Made by a program: the position numbers and the translations under genes. From positions 1-20,624 of the forward strand of contig JABCTZ010000005.1 of the NCBI GenBank assembly GCA_018238155.1: a stretch of DNA of 20,624 nt, in the 5' to 3' direction. Positions 1 to 7,550 of this stretch are shown piece after piece (within the stretch, counting starts at the first letter, position 1; each line of letters starts with the position of its first letter). The stretch comes from Candidatus Heimdallarchaeota archaeon (GTDB taxonomy: Archaea; Asgardarchaeota; Heimdallarchaeia; JABLTI01). The notes below the pieces were generated by a model that searched no databases, was not told the origin of the DNA, and saw only the letters and a program-made list of their open reading frames with translations.

Positions 1-20
1 TTATCATTCCTTTTGCGAAG

Positions 21-110
21 AAAAGATTAGTAAAGAAAAGATTAGTAAAGAAAAGATTAGTAAAGAAAAGATTAGTAAAGAAAAGATTAGTAAAGAAAAG
101 ATTAGTAAAG
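21..110. repeat. Perfect tandem repeat, 6 x 15 bp (AAAAGATTAGTAAAG)
   Basis: Six identical units at 21, 36, 51, 66, 81 and 96 read directly from the sequence; no spacers. Confidence 0.97.
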
Positions 111-524
111 ACTAACAACCTTTCTTACAATACACTCTCTCATTTTCTCTAATACTTCCTTTCACACAAGTATTATTGATAGCATTATCATAGAAATATA
201 TAAGTCTTGTGAGATTTTGTCGCTTGTGACTACAACCATGTAAAGCAATAATTTTTGTCAACAATCATTCTTGTAAACCATTATATTATTATGAGAAAAC
301 ATTCATCAAAACGAAATCAAAAGTTGAAAAAGAGAAAATAATTAATTATGTAAATAATTGGAAAAATTTGGAAATGAACGTTAGAATTGTTATGAAAGCA
401 AGTCATTTCTCCTTTTTTGCCCAGAAAAAGGTTCCAAGCAAAAAAACAGTGATGAAAAAACAAAAAGGAGAAGAAAGAAAATAAGACCTTTTCTCATTCT
501 AAAGTTTCACACTTTACTTGGATT

Positions 525-1250
525 TTATGTGTGACCTCTGATAATCAATGATAATTCAATAAAAATTATTAGTAGAAAAACTCCGAATGCAATTTGAAAT
601 GAGTGGAAAATAACCTCAGAATTAAATGAGGGAAGAATAAACTCTAATAGAGTTAGTAGAAACACTGCAACAATAGGAATTATTAGAATATAGGAAGTAA
701 TCAAAGGTTTAGTTGTAATAGCATAACTATTTTTCAATTTCTTTAACGCTAAATATGGAATAATTATAGCTATGGTAATAGGGAGCCAAAAAATAATCAC
801 TGAAATCATTGAGATCCTAGATAGGATTATTGAAGGTGATGGATAACTAGCAATTTCTACTTTTCCAATGAAGGTTAATATTAAGAAATTAATAACTCCC
901 TCACCTAATTTTGGTATTATGGACGCAAGAAATAAAATAGCTGATATATTTAATGGTACATGAACTTTCGTTGGTAGATGATTGTTAGTTTTAATTAAAA
1001 CAATGGATGTAATAATAATTCCAGCGATAAGCAAAAGTAAAGCTACTATCAATAGAGAATACATTGAAATAACATAGAATGTATCTGTAATCTCTTTTAA
1101 ACCTAAAATTATCCATGTAATATTAAGTATTATCTCAAACAAAATACCAACACAAAGAAGTGTTAGTCCAATTTTCAACTGTTTTACTAATGAACTTTTT
1201 TCATTCAATAGCAAAGGCTCAAGTAATAAATCCTTTTTTTCATTATACAT
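525..1250 (-). CDS. Hypothetical polytopic membrane protein (~6 TM)
   Basis: 241-aa ORF with ATG start and multiple long hydrophobic segments; layout resembles 6080-6784. Confidence 0.8.
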   Translation of the reverse strand: MYNEKKDLLLEPLLLNEKSSLVKQLKIGLTLLCVGILFEIILNITWIILGLKEITDTFYVISMYSLLIVALLLLIAGIIITSIVLIKTNNHLPTKVHVPLNISAILFLASIIPKLGEGVINFLILTFIGKVEIASYPSPSIILSRISMISVIIFWLPITIAIIIPYLALKKLKNSYAITTKPLITSYILIIPIVAVFLLTLLEFILPSFNSEVIFHSFQIAFGVFLLIIFIELSLIIRGHT

Positions 1251-1340
1251 TTAGCATCACAAGGTTTTTATTTTTCATTTTTGCATTATAGCAACCAACC
1301 TAATAATAGTAATTATTATTAGCTTTTAGGGAATAAAAGG

Positions 1341-1724
1341 TCATTCTCCTCCTCCCTCATGTATATTATTTGGATCAGTATTCCAATAAAATATTTCCAT
1401 CTCATTACAAATGCCATAACAATCACTGTCTAGTGAAACAAAATCAACTGTTTGATCAGCATTAACTAACTCGTAACCATAGATATCATCTCTCATACTA
1501 TCACCAAGATCTGTAGCAGATTCACGCAAGATAAATCTAACTTCTTCAAGTCGTAGATGACGACATACTGAAAGAATTAATGCACATACACCTGAAACCA
1601 TAGGACAAGCTATTGATGTACCACTCATATAACCATATGTTTTACGTCCTATTGTGCTATAAATATTAACACCTGGAGCCACAAGCTCTTGCTCTTAACC
1701 ATAATTACTGAAATCAGCAATGCA
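1341..1724 (-). pseudogene. Remnant of an S8 subtilisin-like protease (C-terminal part) followed by a degenerate DxDxDG repeat
   Basis: APGVNIYST...MSGTSIACPMVSG (catalytic Ser motif), ATDLG...DDIYGYELVNA. The same frame upstream reads CIADFSNYG*EQELVAPG with TAA at 1697-1695. No Asp/His catalytic region lies before the neighbouring gene. Confidence 0.88.
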
Positions 1725-1791
1725 GTTTTTTTTATTTTTAACTATGCATACATCAAATAATACTACAAATAACAAGCAATTGACTTTATGA

Positions 1792-3081
1792 TTATGTTGT
1801 AATAGCTTCTAGATTCGGACAAGAAGAACCATCCATCATTTGTGATAATGTCCAAAAGAACATCCCTAGCATATCATTTTCTTGACAGAAAAGCACTTTT
1901 TCATTAATAGATCTTGGAGTTTCATAGAAGATGATACCAATATCAATGTTAGTTCCATATCTATTTGGGGCAGTAACTAGATTATCAACAGCAGGAGCAT
2001 GCCAATAATTACATTTGCCAAAGTCATCCCATGCAAGTGTCAATTCAGGATGAGTTTCAGTAGTGGTTTTTACCCAAGACCATGTGACAGCATTATCGCT
2101 AGCAATAGAACGCGTTTCAGTAAAGGCTGCACCATTAATATCAGCATTAGAGTATGGTTCAATTGGAGCAATTCCATCTCCATTTGAATCTCCCCAAACA
2201 CTTCCAAAACCACCTGATCCTAAAACAATCTTAGAAGCAGGAACACCTTCAGCAAGCCACCTTTGTAAAGTGAGATTAATGGATAAAGGATTTGTATTGT
2301 ATCCATCTCGTTCTGCACCATAGAGAGGTGTAAGGGGGATAGGAATCATCCAACCACCCCATTGTTGCCAGGAAATATAAGACATTGGACAGAACATATC
2401 AACATAAGCTGAAGCAGGGGCAAAAAGAGCAGCATCGCTTCCAGTAGGACCTGTAGGAATGGAAATGATCGCATCACTCCATCTCTCTCGAATGTTCTTA
2501 GATAAATCAACTAATTGTGGATAATCAACTGAATCTTCCCAATCTAAATCTACGCCATCAAATCCAACTGAAGTTAGCAAATCTTCAATATTTTGAGAAA
2601 AAGCGCCGATATTTGAACTAGACGTTGCAGTATTCCAAATTGAACCTGGATTGGAACCGGCTCCACCTAACATGCAACATACTGTCACATTATTTGAATG
2701 CGCTTCTGTAATATATAATTGAGCTTCATCTAACCAATCATTCAAGCTCATAGAAAAACCATCAGGAGCCTTTAGTGTATAATCATTATCAATATCTTGT
2801 GTGAGATGCAAATAACCTAAAACTAAATTAGTGATGTACTCCCATGGGATATCGGCCATTTCAATATCATCCCATTGATAGAGAGGATGATAGACACTTA
2901 CTAAAAAACCATCGCTAATGCCGTTATGGGTGATAAAACTATCATCACTTGCAGGGTAGTAGAAATAATAAATCAAATATCCGGAAGAACCTAATAATAA
3001 TACTAAGATTGTTAAACTACCAATAGCAGTCCATTTCTCCTTTCTTGTTGCCTTTTTCTCAGAAGATTTCTTAGTTGTCAT
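1792..3081 (-). CDS. Membrane-anchored glycoside hydrolase family 18 (chitinase-like)
   Basis: FDGVDLDWE = intact DxxDxDxE catalytic motif; MLGGAG, PMSY, GVPASKIVLG, YETPRSINEK, LGMFFWTLSQ; basic N-terminus followed by one TM helix. Confidence 0.92.
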   Translation of the reverse strand: MTTKKSSEKKATRKEKWTAIGSLTILVLLLGSSGYLIYYFYYPASDDSFITHNGISDGFLVSVYHPLYQWDDIEMADIPWEYITNLVLGYLHLTQDIDNDYTLKAPDGFSMSLNDWLDEAQLYITEAHSNNVTVCCMLGGAGSNPGSIWNTATSSSNIGAFSQNIEDLLTSVGFDGVDLDWEDSVDYPQLVDLSKNIRERWSDAIISIPTGPTGSDAALFAPASAYVDMFCPMSYISWQQWGGWMIPIPLTPLYGAERDGYNTNPLSINLTLQRWLAEGVPASKIVLGSGGFGSVWGDSNGDGIAPIEPYSNADINGAAFTETRSIASDNAVTWSWVKTTTETHPELTLAWDDFGKCNYWHAPAVDNLVTAPNRYGTNIDIGIIFYETPRSINEKVLFCQENDMLGMFFWTLSQMMDGSSCPNLEAITT

Positions 3082-3419
3082 TTTTTGAATCCCTGCAATC
3101 CCTTATCTAAACTAAGAAACTATGACTGTACTTTTTATCTTTTGTGTAAAAATGTGAAAGAATGTAATTATGTAGCAAAGTTTTCAAATCGTCTTCTTGT
3201 CTGTTCTTTCAGTGAAACGTAAAAATCATCTGCCGAGTTTATTTTTTTTTTTCAAATTTTCAATAAGCATAAAAGTTCAATGTTAGCAGTTATCAATACA
3301 ATGAAAAACCTACTATTGAATTTCCATCTAAATTAGCTAAAGTATGGTTCACTTTATATTGATAACGTACTAATGATATTTGAAATAGCAATTGCTGAAA
3401 CCAATTGGAGATTTTGTAA

Positions 3420-4157
3420 TTGAATAAAACCAGAGAAACTCTTGCTATCATTGGAGCTATTTCAGCAATTATTGCGACAATTTGCACAATTGCTGGTATA
3501 GCAATGAGCTTCATAATGACCAATAGTATTCAAACTCCAAATATAGAAGCCTATATCATTATGATAAATGACAAATCTACATTGAACCTTTTGGAAGCAA
3601 TATGTGGTATTTTAAGTGGAGCATTCATTATTCCTGTAGCAATAGGGTTTATGTTCTTTATGAGAACAAAAGTTGATGAAAGAAAACAAAAAATACTCCT
3701 TTTACCAACAATCACTTTTATCCTTGGAAGTGGATTATTAATTGCACTTTTTACTATGAAGATAAATATTATTTATAATTTAGCTCCAAGTTTTGTAGCG
3801 GCTATAGAACCTGAAAAAACACTACTATTAGCTCAATTCAATAAGTTGAATGTAATTATTGATATTATTCAAGCAATCGCTTATGTCTTCATTTATACTT
3901 TGGGAGCAGGAACATACGGATTGCTTATTGTTAGAATTGAAGAATTAAGAGGTACTCTTGGTTGGACTGCTATTTCAAGTGCCATTTTTTCTCTTCTTGT
4001 TTTTGGTTTATTTATTAATGGAACATTTGGTATAATCTTGCAACTCGGTGCGAAAATCGGTTCAATAATGTTCTTCTTCTGGTTAATCAGTATGGCTTAT
4101 GCTATTCTCTTTCTTTCGAGAGAAGACAAGAAAAGCACTGATCAAATCCTTCAGTGA
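3420..4157 (+). CDS. Polytopic membrane protein (possibly DUF4386-like)
   Basis: 245 aa, ~6 TM segments, TTG start preceded by GGAG; the LGWTAISSAI and FFFWLISM pattern is reminiscent of DUF4386 (tentative). Confidence 0.7.
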   Translation: MNKTRETLAIIGAISAIIATICTIAGIAMSFIMTNSIQTPNIEAYIIMINDKSTLNLLEAICGILSGAFIIPVAIGFMFFMRTKVDERKQKILLLPTITFILGSGLLIALFTMKINIIYNLAPSFVAAIEPEKTLLLAQFNKLNVIIDIIQAIAYVFIYTLGAGTYGLLIVRIEELRGTLGWTAISSAIFSLLVFGLFINGTFGIILQLGAKIGSIMFFFWLISMAYAILFLSREDKKSTDQILQ

Positions 4158-4423
4158 ATTTTTGCAATGTTAAAATAATTTTAAAGTCAATTATCAGATT
4201 TTTTGATTTGTCACCGAAATTCCTTGTGAGTGAAAAAATGAAGAAATGAAAATATGGTCCACTCAAAAAATCATTTTCAAAACAAAGCTCTATCCTTGTA
4301 TAATTACTCTAATTTCAAATCCTTTTGTTATTTTCTTTAATAAGATTTTAATTCAAACAAAATAACTTCTATATAGTATTGTTTCAATACGAAATAAAGA
4401 TAATTCATGGAGAATAAAAAAAA

Positions 4424-5122
4424 ATGAAAATAAACCCTCCTCCAATAAAATTCATTATTTTTTCAGGTGGAGGTGGCTTGTTGGAAAGGAAACAAAAAGT
4501 CACCCTCACACAAGGACTGAATCGATTTGAAATTGAGAATATACCAGCAGCTTTTGATCCTGCAACCACAACGGTATTCTTTCCGAGCACAACAGGTGTT
4601 ACTCTACAACAAGTAGATGTAAAACGACCTGACAAACGAATTGTTGATACTTTTATTTCGAGAGAAAAAGTAGCTGCAGACATCATTATTGAAAATGCTA
4701 CAGACCTAAGAGGAGCATCTCGAGAGAAAATATTAGCACTTATCGAAAGTGCACACTATCGAAGATATGAAGATATGTTTGGTAGCTTAATAATCTCAAT
4801 CGAAAGTAAAACATTACAAGAGATGGAGTTAGGAATTCGTTATTTCTTGGAAGACGATAGGATAAAATGGGAACCAAGTCTTCATGTAACAGTAGATGAA
4901 GAAACTGGAACTGCAACAATTGAAGGTTTCATACTAGTGATGAATAATACTGATATTAGTTATGCTAGATGCGAATTAGGATTTGCTGAATTTGAAACAC
5001 AATGCTCTGAAGATGATACAGGTTACTTAGATGACTTAGACATAGAACAAGAAGCACAAAATGTCATGCCGAGAAGTAGGGTGATGTCACAGATAAAGAA
5101 TATGAATAAAGTGCTGTACTAG
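4424..5122 (+). CDS. DUF4140/DUF4139 (MuiA-like) protein, N-terminal half
   Basis: IIFSGGGGLLERKQKVTLTQGLNRFEIENIPAAFDPAT matches the DUF4140 start; RYFLEDDRIKWEPSLHVTV...GFILVMNNTDISY matches the DUF4139 start; GGAG RBS upstream. Confidence 0.8.
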   Translation: MKINPPPIKFIIFSGGGGLLERKQKVTLTQGLNRFEIENIPAAFDPATTTVFFPSTTGVTLQQVDVKRPDKRIVDTFISREKVAADIIIENATDLRGASREKILALIESAHYRRYEDMFGSLIISIESKTLQEMELGIRYFLEDDRIKWEPSLHVTVDEETGTATIEGFILVMNNTDISYARCELGFAEFETQCSEDDTGYLDDLDIEQEAQNVMPRSRVMSQIKNMNKVLY

Positions 5123-5143
5123 AGGAAAAAGGAGACGATTAAC

Positions 5144-5812
5144 ATGAAAGCAACTCTAGAAAGTAGAAAAAGTGTACGATTGAACTGGTTCAAACAGAAG
5201 AAAATTCCTTTTGAATTGAATAGAACATTAGAATGGTCATATTACGAGAATACTATTACGGCAAATGAAATCGATCATCAACCATTTATGCAATATGTTT
5301 TTTCAAGTTTGAAAAACCCAATTCCAACAACTAATATTATTATGTTTCAAGGAGATTTACCACAATCATACCTTAATACAACAGGTAGTGTTGGTAATAA
5401 ATTTAGCACAGAAAAAACAGAGGACCCTAGTATCACCATATTAGATAGAATAGTAAAAGTAAATCAAGGTGAAGAAAAGGTAACTAAGAAGCCAGTTCCA
5501 CCACATGAAGCTCATAGGTTCAAAGAATTACAAATTCACGAACGAAGAGATGAGGTTACACGAAAAATAACTCTTAAAAATGAAACAAATCGAGAGATAT
5601 CAGTTATGGATCTTGTATTTATTGAAAACAAGGAAATTCAATTTATAAAAAGCAATCCTACTCCAAATGAAATTGATGCACCAGAATACAAATGGAAAAT
5701 AAATATTCCTGCTGAGAGCTCCATTGTTTTAGAAATAAAAGTAGAAAACAATGTAAAGCTCATCTACAAAATAGAAAGAACGGATGAAAAAAATGGCAAA
5801 CAACGCTCTTAA
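5144..5812 (+). CDS. DUF4139-like protein, C-terminal half
   Basis: RKITLKNETNREISV...YKWKINIPAESSIVLEIKV matches the DUF4139 C-terminal Ig-like part; own AAGGAG RBS; same frame as the upstream ORF. Confidence 0.7.
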   Translation: MKATLESRKSVRLNWFKQKKIPFELNRTLEWSYYENTITANEIDHQPFMQYVFSSLKNPIPTTNIIMFQGDLPQSYLNTTGSVGNKFSTEKTEDPSITILDRIVKVNQGEEKVTKKPVPPHEAHRFKELQIHERRDEVTRKITLKNETNREISVMDLVFIENKEIQFIKSNPTPNEIDAPEYKWKINIPAESSIVLEIKVENNVKLIYKIERTDEKNGKQRS

Positions 5813-6079
5813 TTCCAATTTTTTAGTAATAAATTGATGTACCAAACTTTTGGAGGTACACAATAATTTTTTTTGAATTGAAATTTAATTATGCTTAATT
5901 ATTGTTTTTTATATACATTCAGTTTCTGTGTAAAGAAGCAAAAATTGGTAAAGTCCATTTAAGAACAAACAATTTACTGAACAATAAAATAGCCGAATAG
6001 AGCTATTTTTCCTAGAAAAAGACGAAAACGAGCAGTCCCCTACTCAAGAATTGACGTTTAAATCAATTTTTATTTTTTA

Positions 6080-6784
6080 CTAAATTTTCGATACTTTCAA
6101 AGAAAACTCTATCGTTTGAACAATCTGATTTATTCCTAAAGCAATTAAGGCGTAAAGATAAATCATCGAACTTGTATCACCAAATAGGGAGAGGAGCATA
6201 AAAATTGATGACGTAATTATTGCAATGATCCATAGCTGTAAAGTAAAAGAAGATATTGTCATTAAATTGAATTCTTTATCTTGATTTCTTAATTTTCCTT
6301 TTGAAAATGATACAATCAGAAGTGATATTGCAATCAGAAATAATTTGAAAATGAATAAGTAAATATTAACAATAGAGTATGCTCTCTGACCAATACCCTC
6401 TGTAAAAGAATGAATAAAAATAGCATTTACAACTCGAGCTATTAAATCAACAATTATCAGTAATAACAATCCTATTGAACTTATAATTAAAATGATTTTA
6501 GCTATTCCATCAGTTAATCGAGCTAGCTCAATAAACCCAATTGCTAATAAAATTACTCCAAAACTAATTGCAATATTAAAAACAGTTAACCCAATTACAC
6601 TAATATTAGTAAGAAGTTCTATGCTAGAATTAGTAGAAATTTCAACAAGCCATACAATCGCATAATAGATTATGAATAAAAAACTGAAAGCAATAATTGA
6701 AGAACCAGTTATCATCAAAATTTTTAACCATTTACTTTCTGAAGGTTGATTTGTATTTTCGATAGTCTCTTCATTTTCATACAT
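6080..6784 (-). CDS. Hypothetical polytopic membrane protein (~6 TM)
   Basis: 234-aa hydrophobic ORF, ATG start with GGAG upstream. Confidence 0.8.
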   Translation of the reverse strand: MYENEETIENTNQPSESKWLKILMITGSSIIAFSFLFIIYYAIVWLVEISTNSSIELLTNISVIGLTVFNIAISFGVILLAIGFIELARLTDGIAKIILIISSIGLLLLIIVDLIARVVNAIFIHSFTEGIGQRAYSIVNIYLFIFKLFLIAISLLIVSFSKGKLRNQDKEFNLMTISSFTLQLWIIAIITSSIFMLLSLFGDTSSMIYLYALIALGINQIVQTIEFSLKVSKI

Positions 6785-6965
6785 GAATTATTATTCTCCA
6801 ATCTTTTTTACTTTGGAGATTATGTAAAGAATTGTATTTGAAATTCATTTCACATGAAAAGGAAAATGAGTAGGTATTTAATTCATTAATAAATTAATAA
6901 TATTTATTAGAATAGAGGAACTAAAGCTTCTTGAGGTATTGGAGTATTAAACAACTAAACAATGA

Positions 6966-7277
6966 ATAAATGAAAATATAAAAGAAATAGCTATTTTTCT
7001 AATAATTATTTTCGCAGTGTTCTTCGTTATAGTTTTACTATTTGATATTTATCTATTCGTAAGATTAAGTGAAACTTGGGATTATATAGCAGAATTTGTA
7101 GCAACGGTTTTTGGTATTATTTCATCTATTATAGTTATTTCACCAATTATAATTTGGATTAATGATAAAACACAGAAGAAAAAAGAAAGGAAGAAAAGTG
7201 TTTATCAAATACATCCTGAAATTAAAATTACAGTCCAAAAAGTATACACCTCAAATCATACCTATACAAAATTGTGA
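6966..7277 (+). CDS. Two-TM membrane protein; probable N-terminal part or partner of the RING protein (start uncertain)
   Basis: Frame is open from 6966 (INENIKEIAIFLIIIFAVFF...), while the ATG at 6962 is out of frame. Two TM helices then a basic KKKERKK stretch. Its TGA overlaps the RING GTG (GTGA). Confidence 0.55.
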   Translation: MNENIKEIAIFLIIIFAVFFVIVLLFDIYLFVRLSETWDYIAEFVATVFGIISSIIVISPIIIWINDKTQKKKERKKSVYQIHPEIKITVQKVYTSNHTYTKL

Positions 7278-7456
7278 ATAATTCTCAAAGAGAATTCACC
7301 AATCTTACATGCGTTTTATGTGATCAAAAAATCGAAAATTGCCTTGAAATAGTTTTGTGTCCTCAGTGCAATGCTATTTTTCATGTTGATTATTTAGAAG
7401 AATGGATAGAAGAAGATGATAACTGTCCCCTATGTCAATTTAAATTAATGAAATAA
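7274..7456 (+). CDS. RING-type zinc finger (putative E3 ubiquitin ligase-like domain)
   Basis: CVLC-x12-CPQC-x4-H-x2-Y-LEEW-x6-CPLC: RING spacing with the conserved Trp and CP motif; one ligand position is Tyr. Confidence 0.8.
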   Translation: MNNSQREFTNLTCVLCDQKIENCLEIVLCPQCNAIFHVDYLEEWIEEDDNCPLCQFKLMK

Positions 7457-7550
7457 ATAGAGTAAAGAATCATTTTTAATTTTATTATAGCGTAAAAAGG
7501 CAAATTGTTTTTATTTCAAGTAAATTTTTATATATTAGGGGGAAATTTAA

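Noticed and set aside
21-110. CRISPR array
   Set aside because: Units are contiguous 15-mers with no spacers, and no cas genes are present.
407-472. 11-bp inverted repeat (TTCTCCTTTTT ... AAAAAGGAGAA) as a MITE or terminator
   Set aside because: Low complexity, 44-nt loop, no target-site duplication or second copy; plausible by chance in AT-rich DNA.
1695-1697. Stop-codon recoding in the subtilase fragment
   Set aside because: The stop is TAA and the gene also lacks its N-terminal catalytic residues; pseudogenisation explains it.
1999-2323. Two short + strand ORFs (62 and 86 aa)
   Set aside because: Antisense shadows of the GH18 gene.
3293-3523. 76-aa minus ORF
   Set aside because: Overlaps the start of the 3420-4157 gene antisense; no recognisable features.
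4405-4686. 93-aa minus ORF
   Set aside because: Antisense shadow of the DUF4140 gene.
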